64,000 nucleotides of DNA from positions 1,855,959 to 1,919,958 of the forward strand of contig CAWDFP010000006.1 in the NCBI GenBank assembly GCA_963801605.1, in the 5' to 3' direction. This document shows, in pieces, positions 41,442 to 52,460 of the stretch (its first letter is position 1; every line of letters begins with the position of its first letter). The position numbers were made by a program, and so were the translations under genes. The notes beneath the pieces were generated by a model that was not told the origin of the DNA, did not search any database, and saw nothing but the letters and a program-made list of their open reading frames with translations. This DNA comes from an uncultured candidate division Zixibacteria bacterium (GTDB taxonomy: Bacteria > Zixibacteria > MSB-5A5 > UBA10806).

Positions 41442-42548
41442 ATGACCTTGAAGTATACTGTCATTTTACTGGGAATTGTATTGTTATTGCACTTTCCAGC
41501 TTTTGCCACTACTCACCAGGTATCGATCATAGATTTCGCCTTTGTTCCCAGTACTCTCACTATCAATTTCGGCGACTCGGTAACCTGGACAAACAACGGA
41601 ATCGCCACCCATACATCTACCAGCAACAATGGAATTTGGAACTCGGGCGATCTTACCAGTCACCAAACATTTTCATTTGTGTTTGATAGTTCCGGTGTTT
41701 TCTCTTACCATTGCATTCATCACCCGTCTATGACCGGAACCATAACGGTCAATCCGGCTCCCTTCGATATCCAGGTGAACGCCTGGGATAATTTTTATAG
41801 CCCGCAAGTTGTCCAGATCAATATCGGGCAATCGGTCGGATGGGTTAATAGAGGAGCACATCTGCATACCAGCACCGCCGATGATGGGGCCTGGGATTCG
41901 GGTGATTTGATGCCCGGGCAGTTTTTCGCATTCACTTTTACGAGCGAAGGTGTGCACCATTACCACTGTCTGATCCACGGTCTTGTTATGAATGGCACTG
42001 TCATAGTTGGAAAGCCCGATTCAATCGCATTTGATATTCACATCATCGATTTTGTCTTTGTCCCATCCGATACTGCCTTAAATATTGGCCAGAATCTGCG
42101 ATGGATCAATTTCGGCAGTATGACTCATACTTCAACGGATACAAGCGCTAACCACTGGAATTCGGGTTCATTGAATCCCGGGGATGTTTTCACGCTTCAC
42201 GCGGATTCTGTGGGCAATTTCCATTACATTTGCCTTTTCCATCCATCCCAAATGTCTGGGCGACTTGTCGTTCGAGATACAACAACGGGTTGTATATATG
42301 TTGTTGGTGATGCCAATGGCAGCAACTCTTTCAACGGCCTTGACGTAACTTATTCCGTTAGCTATTTCAAGGGCGGGCCTCCTCCTCCGATCTCCTGCGA
42401 ATGCACTCCGGGTAATACCTGGTATGTCGGGGGGGACGTCAATGGAAGCTGCAGCTTCAATGGTCTCGATGTGACCTATATGGTTTCCTTTTTCAAGGGA
42501 GGGCCAAGCCCGCATCCCTGCCCAAGCTGTCCGCCGAGAGGAATTTAG
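41442..42548 (+). CDS. Secreted triple cupredoxin (plastocyanin/azurin-like) protein with C-terminal dockerin-like domain
   Basis: Signal peptide; three repeats HTSTx...YxCxxH-x2/3-M; tail with duplicated GDxNGSxxFNGLDVTYxVSxFKGGP. Confidence 0.85.
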   Translation: MTLKYTVILLGIVLLLHFPAFATTHQVSIIDFAFVPSTLTINFGDSVTWTNNGIATHTSTSNNGIWNSGDLTSHQTFSFVFDSSGVFSYHCIHHPSMTGTITVNPAPFDIQVNAWDNFYSPQVVQINIGQSVGWVNRGAHLHTSTADDGAWDSGDLMPGQFFAFTFTSEGVHHYHCLIHGLVMNGTVIVGKPDSIAFDIHIIDFVFVPSDTALNIGQNLRWINFGSMTHTSTDTSANHWNSGSLNPGDVFTLHADSVGNFHYICLFHPSQMSGRLVVRDTTTGCIYVVGDANGSNSFNGLDVTYSVSYFKGGPPPPISCECTPGNTWYVGGDVNGSCSFNGLDVTYMVSFFKGGPSPHPCPSCPPRGI

Positions 42549-42643
42549 ATCAAGCTGACTCTCGTTAGCTAAAGAATCTAAACACAAGTTGGTAGGCAAA
42601 TAACTTCCCAACGAAACCAAATTCCCAATCTCAAAACTATCGC

Positions 42644-42674
42644 GGGGCCGATCCAATCCGGCCCCTTTATTTTT
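42644..42674 (+). terminator. Putative terminator
   Basis: GGGGCCG-ATCCAATC-CGGCCCC followed by TTTATTTTT. Confidence 0.6.
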
Positions 42675-42867
42675 GCAGCGCAAATAATTTTGATTGGGTT
42701 CACCATAATATATTTATTTTTAGACTTTATTTTGATAACCGTATTTCATAATTTATGGAAGAAAGAACGATAATCGATGTACGCCCGAATACCATTTTTA
42801 AATACTAAAACTTAAAGAATTCATGCAACTTTAAATATTCGATTAATTCTTCAGCGGAGGAAATCTT

Positions 42868-43602
42868 ATGTCTCCCCAAAGCTCAACACTCAAAGCAGAC
42901 GATATTGTCAATACTATCAGGCAATTTTGTAAGGAAAACACTAATCCCGCAATCGTGAAAAAGTACTCGCGCTTTTTTAAAGAAGGATATGACGCTTACG
43001 GCCTGGATTCAAAATCTTATGATACCTGCCTGAAGACTTTGACGGACAAAGATAAGTTAACCCTTAAACTTGTTCTGGAATCTGCTCCCGATCTCATCGC
43101 CAGCGGTAAATATGAGGAAACTTTTTTTGTAATTATCATGCTGAAAAGATTCTATCCCGAATTTACCGCCAAAACCTTAAAAGAAATTGAAAAATGGCTT
43201 AAAATCGGAATAGTAAATTGGGCTCATGCTGATGTACTGGCCGGCGATATAGTAGCTTATTTTCTACTGCAAGAAATCATACCCCTGTCAACTCTCGAAA
43301 CTTGGTTAACCGCGAAGAATAAGTTTCAACGTCGCATTGTACCGGTTTCGTTGATCAAGCTTTTAGGAGATACTAAGGATATCGGAAAGCTGATCGCCTT
43401 CATCGAACCCTTGATGACCGACGAAGCACGCGAGGTGCATCAGGGAGTTGGATGGTTTTTGCGCGAGGCTTGGAAACTGGATAAGGCCAAAACAGAGAAA
43501 TTCCTGTTGAAATGGAAAAACACGGCTCCCAGGCTGATTTTTCAATATGCCACAGAGAAGATGACTCCGATTGAAAAGGCCCGTTTCAAGAAAGTCAAGT
43601 AA
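42868..43602 (+). CDS. DNA alkylation repair protein (AlkD-like HEAT repeat)
   Basis: NWAHADVL, VHQGVGWFLREAWK, YATEKM. Confidence 0.82.
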   Translation: MSPQSSTLKADDIVNTIRQFCKENTNPAIVKKYSRFFKEGYDAYGLDSKSYDTCLKTLTDKDKLTLKLVLESAPDLIASGKYEETFFVIIMLKRFYPEFTAKTLKEIEKWLKIGIVNWAHADVLAGDIVAYFLLQEIIPLSTLETWLTAKNKFQRRIVPVSLIKLLGDTKDIGKLIAFIEPLMTDEAREVHQGVGWFLREAWKLDKAKTEKFLLKWKNTAPRLIFQYATEKMTPIEKARFKKVK

Positions 43603-43754
43603 ACGTAAGCATGACTTTTCGCTCAACTTAGTTCGTCTCGCGTCAATAAAACGACTCCGGTTTTTTCCGCGGGTATTTGGTCATGGATAATTAATCATTA
43701 AATCGTGCCAAAAGCGTTTTGATATGAACCCGAATAATTATATATTATGGCATC

Positions 43755-44774
43755 ATGACCGATCATTCCGACGATAACGCCGCAAATCCAACTGAAATCA
43801 ATTCCCGGTTGGAAAACCAGATTATTTCCGAGCCAAAAGGCCGGGGCCGTTTTAAGCCGCTGATTACTTTTATTAAAGTTATTCTAATTTGCGCCATATT
43901 TTTCTATATTTTTAAATATCTGTACTCTAACTGGGGGCAGTTGAGTTCGCTGAATATCCATTTGAATTACTTTTATGTTGCCCTTTCATTCCTGGCCATG
44001 AAAGTGGCTTGGATGACTACCGCTTGGAGCTGGGGAAAAACCCTGGAAGCTTTCGGTCATAAAATCCCATATCGCGATGTTTACACCATTTATTTTCGGT
44101 CCATGCTGGCCAAATACCTGCCGGGCAAAGTCTGGCAGATCGCCGGTTCAACTTATATCGCGTCTCAAAAAGGTGTCCCCGAGGGTGCAACTATTGCGTC
44201 AGTTGTAATTGGGCAAGCTTATTCGGTTTTAGCTGGAGTGGCCCTGATAGTTGGCGGTTTTGCCTTTGGTTCTATCCCCAAAACCGGACAAGGTCTGACA
44301 TTCTTTCGTTGGACATCTATCCCTATTATAATCGCGTTAATTATTCTGGTAGTCAAACCCGGTTTATGCGAACGTTTGATGAACTGGGTCTTACCGTTAT
44401 TTAAAAGGCAAAAGGTAATCGTCGAAATAAAGCTTTCCACGTCCCTCTGGCTGTTTCTCGCCTACCTTATTCCGTGGTTTATTTTCGGGTTTTCTTTCTG
44501 GCTATTGACACGTGCCTTCACCCCGGTGCCGTTTAGCCTCTTTATCCCCTTAACGGCAATTTTAACGGCCGGGACTGTTATCGGTTTTCTGGCCATCTTT
44601 GCGCCCGGAGGAATCGGCGTTAAGGAAGCTTCAATTGCCGCTCTGGTTGCTTCTTTAACCTCATTCCCGGCAACATTCGCGCTGGCAGTCGGACTGGCCT
44701 ATAGAATTGTAACGTCGATTGTAGAATTAATTGCCTTTGGCGTCACCTGGATAATTTCAAAACCTAAAAAATAA
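43755..44774 (+). CDS. Lysylphosphatidylglycerol-synthase TM (UPF0104/flippase-like) membrane protein
   Basis: LAKYLPGKVWQ, FAPGGIGVKE, LAYRIV; multiple TM segments. Confidence 0.82.
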   Translation: MTDHSDDNAANPTEINSRLENQIISEPKGRGRFKPLITFIKVILICAIFFYIFKYLYSNWGQLSSLNIHLNYFYVALSFLAMKVAWMTTAWSWGKTLEAFGHKIPYRDVYTIYFRSMLAKYLPGKVWQIAGSTYIASQKGVPEGATIASVVIGQAYSVLAGVALIVGGFAFGSIPKTGQGLTFFRWTSIPIIIALIILVVKPGLCERLMNWVLPLFKRQKVIVEIKLSTSLWLFLAYLIPWFIFGFSFWLLTRAFTPVPFSLFIPLTAILTAGTVIGFLAIFAPGGIGVKEASIAALVASLTSFPATFALAVGLAYRIVTSIVELIAFGVTWIISKPKK

Positions 44775-45027
44775 AAGTCTTCCTCTCTAAAATTATCACT
44801 ATTAATCGATTATAGGACTTTTCCTCTTATTTTTCGGGTTTAGTTATTCCTTGCTAGCAGGGCGAAATTGAGTATATATTAGGCCGGAGATTGAAATAGC
44901 TAATTGCGGAATATCGCCCAATTATCCCTGCATTCAATTCGGAATTAGAGGGAATTCGTTAAAAGTAGAATGAACGATAATATTCAAGCTTAGCTAATTT
45001 GGGGAGTTGGAAAGCGTTGGCGATAAG

Positions 45028-46027
45028 ATGATAAATCCGATAAAACCCGTTCCTTTCGAGGATCAATATCTTAGCCAAACGCTAGAATTCCTTACAAAGT
45101 TTAGTCCCGATCATCCGGAATTAGGCGACCGGGCGCTTTTTTTGTGGCAAAAATGTCAGCGATATCTGACCTTTTCAGGTGGCCGAATTGTGGGCCATAT
45201 GGCCGTTATTCCACAACAATTCTTTATCGAAAGAGTTAAAACGACAATCGGATGGGGCGCTACTCTGGTATTGGACATGACCGATTTCGCGGTAAAAACT
45301 TTCGCCGGAACGGCACTTCTGGAGCGCTGTTTTAATGATCCATCGTATATTTATGCGGGGGTTGGAATTGTTCCGGAAATTGAACCGGCCTATAAACGGT
45401 TGAATTATGTAATTTGCAGGGATTCGATCAGAATGTTTGCCAGGTTTTTTAATCCCCATGTTGCACTGAAATATTATGATAAATCGCCGTTGTTTTCAAT
45501 TCCAATGAAGGCTATTAATCTCGTCAAACGCCCTTCAAAGCAGGCTATTTATGGAAATATTTTTGAAATTTCTCAATTCGATGAAGTCGCAGGATAGCAT
45601 CTGGCTAAAATTGCTTTCCTCTCAGTATGCCGTATATGGTGAACGCAACGCCGCTTTCCTCAACTATAAGATGTCCCAACCGGGGAAAAAATACCATGCC
45701 TTTGTTCATGAGGACCGGGCAGGACAGACCGATGGATATATGGTTCTCAGGGAAGCGCGCCATAACACTAAGAATCTTCATATACTCAAGATTTGTGAAC
45801 TGACAGGAACTGCCGATTCAAAGCTTGATCTATTATCAAAAGCTAATGCATTCGCGGAGGATGTTGGGCTTGACGGAATTGTTGGGGTCAGCTCTTCTCG
45901 CGACAAGGCAATATTCAAAAGAGCCGGTCTTTGGCTTGAAAAAGCGCTGCCAATTGGAGTCAAACCCGAATTGGCTGGGAAATTACATCTAACTTTTTTT
46001 GATTCCGATCTTGATAATTTGTGGTAA
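45028..46027 (+). CDS. GNAT-like protein (frameshift near 45590)
   Basis: RIVGHMAVIP...WGATLVL in ORF 45007; ERNAAFLNYK...P...DGYMVLR...ICEL in ORF 45551, ending FFDSDL. Confidence 0.55.
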
Positions 46028-46047
46028 AATGCTAAATAGAGGATAAT

Positions 46048-46350
46048 ATGGGTGAAAATCAGAAGGTGCTAAACACAATTTATCGTGCAATCGACGATGT
46101 TAATTTGCAGGTTGATCCGGCATCTCGTTTGGACAAGACTCCGCAAACAGTCCTGTTTGGACAATCGAGCAAACTTGATTCGTTTGGCCTGGTCAGTTTG
46201 ATCGTGGCAGTCGAGCAGGGGATTCAGGAGGAATTCGGCGTGGCGGTAACAATCGCCGACGAGAAAGCATTCTCACAGAAAAACAGCCCGTTCAGAACGA
46301 TAGGGTCACTGTCTGAATATATCACACTTCTTCTCGGGGAAAAATCATAA
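46048..46350 (+). CDS. Acyl carrier protein
   Basis: LFG.SSKLDSFGLVSLIVAVEQ.I.EEFGV...SPFRTIGSL (phosphopantetheine Ser in LDS). Confidence 0.88.
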   Translation: MGENQKVLNTIYRAIDDVNLQVDPASRLDKTPQTVLFGQSSKLDSFGLVSLIVAVEQGIQEEFGVAVTIADEKAFSQKNSPFRTIGSLSEYITLLLGEKS

Positions 46351-47052
46351 TGGACGAACATCCTGTAATGATGATAACCGGTACCAGTCGCGGAATTGGC
46401 CGGTATCTGGTGGAATACTATTCGCAGAAGGGATTTCAGGTGGTCGGCTGCAGCCGTCAAAAGCCGGACTTTGAGATTCCCAATTATAAACATTATTGCC
46501 TGAATGTTTCCGATGAAGCCGAGGTAGTGGCGATGTTCAGCGATGTCAGGCGTCTATATGGCAGGCTTGACGTATTGATAAACAATGCCGGAATTGCCTC
46601 AATGAACCATGTCATGCTTACTCCCATGCAGACTATTAAAAACATCTACGATACAAACGTCATTGCCGCCTTTCTTTTCTGTCGCGAGGCCGCCAAACTT
46701 ATGCAGAATAAAACGTTATGGCCGCATCGTAAACTTCGCCACCGTGGCAACAGTGCTTAAGCTGGAGGGCGAGGCCGCCTATGCTTCATCCAAAGCCGCG
46801 GTCGCCAGCTTGACTCAGGTTTTTGCAAGGGAAGTAGCAGAGTATGGTATTACTGTGAATGCAGTCGGGCCAACGCCGATCAAAACTGATTTGATCCGGT
46901 CGGTGCCTGCCGAAAAAATGAATGCGTTGATAAACCGGCAGGCAATAAAACGATATGGCGAGTTCCGGGATGTCTCCAACGTAATTGACTTTTTTATCAA
47001 GCCGGAAAGCGATTTTGTGACGGGCGAGGTTATCTATCTGGGCGGGGTGTAA
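46350..47052 (+). CDS. SDR family oxidoreductase (FabG-like), frameshift near 46712
   Basis: TGTSRGIG, LINNAG, then YASSK (YxxxK), ITVNAVGP..IKTD. Confidence 0.88.
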
Positions 47053-48416
47053 TGTTTATCGATTTTTTACTTTCTGTCTTCAACGAACATAAAACATCCG
47101 ACTCTATCATCTGGAAGGACAAAGCTTACAAGTATGACCTGGCTTCTTGAAAGAATCGAATATTGGAATGCCGAGCTCGCCTCCCAACGGATTCTGCCCG
47201 GGCAGACCGTAATCCTCGATGCTGATTTCTCGCCGAATTCATCCGCGCTGCTTCTCGCATTGGTCGAGCGCCAAGCGATAATCATTCCCCTCAGCTCAAC
47301 GGTTAATATGAATAGAGAGGAGTATGCCGAGATCGCCCAGGCCGAAGTCGTCATTAATATGGATGACCGTGATAAGGTTTCAATCGCTAAAACCGGCCGC
47401 AAATCCGATCACGCGCTTTATCAAAACCTCAGAACCCTCAGCCACGCCGGACTAGTGTTATTTTCGTCAGGCTCAACCGGCAAAAGCAAGGCCGCACTGC
47501 ATGACTTTTACAAACTGCTTCAAAAATTCAAAACGCGACGCCACGATTTGCGGACCGTCGCCTTTCTCCTTTTCGATCACATCGGCGGGATTGACACTTT
47601 CTTCTACTCGATCTCCAACGGCAGTTGCGTTATCACTATCGATAACCGCGCCCCCGAGGCTGTCTGTGCCGCAATTGAAAAATATAAGGCCCAGGTGCTT
47701 CCGGTATCGCCTACGTTTATTAACCTCCTGATTCTGAGCGAAGCCTATAAGCGATACGATTTATCATCCCTCAAATATATCACCTATGGCACCGAAATTA
47801 TGCCCGAATCCACGCTTAAAAAATGCGCCGAGATATTTCCCAACGCAATAATCCAGCAGAAATATGGCACAACCGAAGTTGGAACTTTGCGTTCGAAATC
47901 CAAAAGCTCGGACTCAATCTGGGTCAAAATCGGGGGAGAGGGATACCAAACCCGGATTGTTGATGGCATCCTGCAAATCAAAGCCGATTCCGCCATGCTT
48001 GGCTACCTCAACGCCCCCAGTCCCTTCACTGAGGACGGCTGGTTTGTCACCGGCGATATGGTTGTGCAGGACGGCGAATATATTCAGTTCCTGGGACGGA
48101 AATCCGAGATTATCAACGTCGGAGGCGAAAAGGTATTTCCCTCCGAGGTTGAAAATATTATTCAAATCCTTCGATAATGTGGCTGAGGCTGAAGTATACG
48201 GCGAAAAAAATCCGATTATCGGGAATATTGTCTGCGCTACGTACCCAGTTAAATCGAACGAGGATTCCAAGGAGTCTTTTAGCTTACGCCTTAAGAAATA
48301 TTGTCGCGAAAGACTTCCAAAGCTTTAAAGTCCCTGTGAAAATTGAAATTGTGGATGATTAGCAGTATAGTTCCCGTTACAAGAAGATTAGAAATGCAGC
48401 CGGCTCGACGGAATAA
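47052..48416 (+). CDS. AMP-dependent acyl ligase (ANL family); several frameshifts and an internal TAG at 48360
   Basis: ATG at 47052 overlaps the SDR stop; FSSGSTGKSK, YGTTE, WFVTGD, GRKSEIINVGGEKVFPSEVE, FKVPVKI...RYKKIR. Confidence 0.82.
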
Positions 48417-48440
48417 TGGTGAAAAGGCAAACCGGATTCG

Positions 48441-49447
48441 ATGGATACCATGCCGGATACGTAAGACCCTTTACATTATCATCGGATGTGATACAGACCC
48501 CGATCGTCCGGGTTTGTCAGCGGCGCCGAGGAGTGCCAGTCCTGGCGTGGTCTCGAAGAGGGGATTCCTCAATATAAGGACCTGACGGCCAAACTAACCG
48601 ACAGCGCCGGGAACACGCCCAAAGTTACCTGGCTTTTGCGAGCCGACGAGCAGGTTAATATAATTAATGACGATTACGCCTGGGTGATTAGGAAGTATGA
48701 TAAAATCCTTAAAGCGTTAGAATCGAGCGGCGATGAACTTGGCTGGCATCCCCATTTTTTCCGCATAAATGCCGGCAGCGGCAATTGGCATCAGGAAGTA
48801 TTCGATATCAATTGGCAGCTTCAGATGCTGCAAGATGCTTTAGAGGCTTACAATACCGCTATGGCGGGCCATCCAGTCAGCGTTAGGATGGGATGGGATT
48901 ACCACAACAACTGCCACTATGCAAAAACTCGCTCGAGCTGGGAATCAAGATCGGAATTTTCCGCGCTTCCCGGACTCAAGACAAGAGCCGCTGCTGGCGC
49001 TAAGGATATTTATAATATTTTTGATTGGTTCAATTCTCCCAGAATACCTTATGTCCCATCTGCAATTGATTACAGGCGCGCTGCCCGAATCTCTGAAAAA
49101 TCACTCGATATTCTCGAAATACCGATATTTACATCATCATCCTTTATATGGGGTCTTATCAGCGGCCTGCAATTTACCAGAAAAATGAAAGATCCAATGC
49201 AGATGTTTCAAACGCTGCGCCGTCCGGCTTACGTAATCAATATCACCGGAACACCCAAGCTATTTGCGCCGATACTCTCAGGCCTCGAAAAAACTATTAT
49301 TATCGTCTGACCAATCAAATCATATTTTTTGCCACCTACTTCCATGCCGATGAGCTTCTGGATAATCAAAGCTCCTTTTACAGCAGATTTAATCTTCGCA
49401 CCAATCTGCAGGCAATCATAAGAATTTGTGAAAAGAGAAACGTATAA
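48441..49447 (+). CDS. Polysaccharide-deacetylase-like (NodB-fold) protein, several frameshifts; ends approximate
   Basis: IIIGCDTDPDR, KVTWLLRAD, GDELGWHPH, SVRMGW, LEIP, YFHADE fragments. Confidence 0.6.
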
Positions 49448-49625
49448 GCCCAATTTATCAGGGCCACGAGAATGTTCGCAACTCATTACGGATCAACAGA
49501 TAATATCAAGCCCTATATAATTGCCCGAATAAATTACAATTAAATATTGACATCATTAGTCATTAGTAGACTACATTTTCAACAAAGAATATTTCATTCC
49601 AATTACCGACCGAAAGGATGAAGTT

Positions 49626-52328
49626 ATGAAAAAGCTATACTTCTGTCCTTGGCTGTAATGGCATTTGGTTTTGCCAATTTGGTCTGCAACGATTCACGTT
49701 CCTGGTGATTTTGCTACTATCCAGGCCGGAATAAATGCAGCGGCCAATGGAGATACGGTATTAGTTGCCCCTGGTACCTATGGGGAGCATTTACGTTTTA
49801 ATGGAAAAGCCATCCTCCTCCAAAGTCAAAACGGGCCTGATGAAACAATCATCGAAAAGGTCAACAATAATCAGCCGATTATCCGGTTTGAAAACAATGA
49901 GGGAGCAAACTCGGTTCTCGATGGTTTCACCGTTAGAAACTCATCCGGTGCTCCGGCTATCAACATCAGCAACGCCGGTCCTACTATTACTCATAATAAA
50001 TTCATTAACAACATTAATGGTAATTCCGATGGCGGTGCCATTAATGCGGTTTACGGTTCCACAATCCGTATACTCGAAAATGAATTTGAGGCCAATTCCT
50101 CTATTAATGGCACCGGCGGCGGAGTCCGCAGTTACGGAGTCGATCTCATCATTTCTGGCAATATCTTTCATGGAAATGACGCCGGAACTCACGGCGGCGC
50201 TGTACACCTCAGAGCCTCGAACAACTCAATAGTTGATCATAATTTATTTTATGAAAATCACTGTTTGGCTCTCGGCGGCGCGCTTTGCATGAGCGAAGAT
50301 CATGGAGGCGTTTTATACAACAATACTGTTGTCGGCAATTCGAACGAAGAACTGGAGCATGGCGCGGGCTTGACAATTTGGTACTCATCCGATTGTCAAC
50401 TCTATAATAATATAGTAATCAACAATAGCGGCAAAGGTGTTTACAGCTACCCGCCCAATAACAGCACTACGACCTATAGTGATGTCTGGAATAATACTAT
50501 TGATTACAATGGTATAGAGCCTGGCGATGGTTCCATATCAGCCGATCCGCTATTTGTCGGCGGCGATCCTTTTTCATTTCAGCTTGCCGGCGATTCCCCC
50601 TGCATTGATACCGGCGATCCCGCCTCTCCTCCAGATCCCAATGGCAGCGTCGCCGATATGGGAGCTTACCCTTATGGAGGCGCCTTAGCAGGTACTGCAT
50701 TTGATATCGATGATATTATCGGTTCCGCCGATCAACCAGCCGTTGTTCCGATTCTTACCACGGGCTTTTCGGAGCGTCCCATAGCTGGTTTGGAATTTCA
50801 TATTCGTTATCGTCAGGACGGATTGCAGTTTACGGGAATGACATCCGATTACCTCACTGATGCTCTGGTTAATGAAGTTGATGGCATTATTAACATCGTT
50901 TGGGAAAATTATTCAACTCCGATTACGGTTCCCGAGGATTCCAGCATATTGAATCTGAATTTTATTGTCAACGGCCCCAACGGTTCAGCTTATAGAATCG
51001 AATGGCGGGGAGGTAGCGAGGTTGTCGACACACTGGGCAATGCGCTTTCCAATATTCGCTATTATGCCGGCGGCATATCAGTGATGGAGCCTCGGGATCT
51101 CTCTGGCAACGTGGTTTACTACGATCTCCAGCGTCCAATAGCCAATGTGACAATCGCGCTTTCCCAGGATGATACCGCTACGACCACAACCAATACCAGC
51201 GGTTCTTATGCTTTTGAAAATTTGGCGCTGGGATATTATTCGGTTTGTCCCTCCAAAACTATCGATGATCCCGGTGTTACTGTGGCCGATATCGTTTTAA
51301 TTGAAAGGTATCTGGCGCAACTGGATCAATTTGATACTCCCTATAAAAATATTGCCGCTGATGTTAATGGCAGCGCCACGATCAGCATGGCGGATGTTAT
51401 CAAGATTCGACGCTACTTGGCTCAACTGGAAACCCTGCCGGCGGGAAACTGGGCTTTTGTAGATGCCTCTTATGAAATAACTCCTGCCAACTGGTCGCAA
51501 GCGCCTGCTTGCAGGCAAGCCGATTTGGTCGATGAGGATTTGACCGATGTTAACCTGATCGGTATCCGGCGAGGTGATGTCGATAATAGTTGGACTGATG
51601 GCGGTCTGCTTATTCCACCAAAAATCAATCCCCAAACCTCAAGGTTGTATCTGGGACAGGCTTTTGGTTCGCCCGGGGAGATTGTTTCCCTGAGCTTGAG
51701 TGCAAATGATTTAATTCGAGTGGCAGGCTTGGAATTGCACTTCAGTTTCCCGGCAAACGGACTTCGCTTTATGGGATTTACCAGCGCCATGCTTCCCGAT
51801 CCAACTATTGGCGCTGGTAGCGGCGTTGCGCATTTGGTCTGGGAGAATAACCTTAACACCGTTAATCTTACGGGAGATGCCGAGGTGGCATCGCTTTCAT
51901 TCCAGATTCTCGAAGGAGCTTCCGAGCAGATGACCGTATCAATATCTGCCGGCCATGTTGTCAGCATCGATGGCGTGGAAATAGCCGCCGGGTTCGGTGA
52001 GGGTCATATTGGGCTTGCTACTTCAACCGGCGCCGAAGGCAGTTTGCCGACGTCGTTTGGCTTGGAGCAAAATTACCCCAATCCATTCAACGCCCAGACG
52101 CGGATATCTTTCGCGATTTCGAAACCATGCCATGCCAGTCTGGAAATATTCGAAATGACAGGCAGGAAAGTGGCTACCCTCGAAAACGGATTTTTTGATA
52201 TCGGAGTTTACTCCGTAATCTGGAATGGTAAAACCGACGACGGCCGGGCGTTATCTTCAGGGATTTACTTTTATCAACTTAAAGCCGATACTTTCCAGGA
52301 TGCCCAGCGAATGTTAATGCTGAAATAA
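49626..52328 (+). CDS. Secreted scaffoldin-like protein: beta-helix, cohesin-like, SdrD-B/carboxypeptidase-regulatory-like, dockerin-like, cohesin-like, T9SS-like CTD (frameshift in signal peptide)
   Basis: ATG at 49626 (MKKL), ORF 49665 onward. TIQAGINAA..GDTVLVAPGTY; two AGLExHxxY/F...xIVWE/HLVWE...LxF repeats; ADIVLIERYL...AADVNGSATISMADVIKIRRYL; QNYPNPFN...SSGIYFYQL. Confidence 0.78.
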
Positions 52329-52349
52329 TATTCGATGTTAGCTATGAAT

Positions 52350-52378
52350 GGCCCTGCGTACAGCGGGGCCTTTTTTTT
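52350..52378 (+). terminator. Rho-independent terminator
   Basis: GGCCCTGC-GTACA-GCGGGGCC followed by T8. Confidence 0.8.
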
Positions 52379-52409
52379 GAAACTTTCTCAATGAATATTT
52401 TATTAATAT

Positions 52410-52438
52410 AAAAAAATCCCGCCTCGGAGGCGGGATTT
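52410..52438 (-). terminator. Rho-independent terminator of the cytochrome gene
   Basis: AAATCCCGCCT-CGG-AGGCGGGATTT preceded by an A-run (U-tail on the minus strand). Confidence 0.8.
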
Positions 52439-52460
52439 GAAATTCAGGTATTTGAGTTGG

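Noticed and set aside
41033..42548. tRNA-Ser as an integration site for an island
   Set aside because: No integrase and no duplicated tRNA 3' end found in the window.
48360..48362. In-frame TAG in the acyl ligase as pyrrolysine or readthrough
   Set aside because: The gene has several other errors, no pyl genes are visible, and TAG is used as a normal stop elsewhere in the window.
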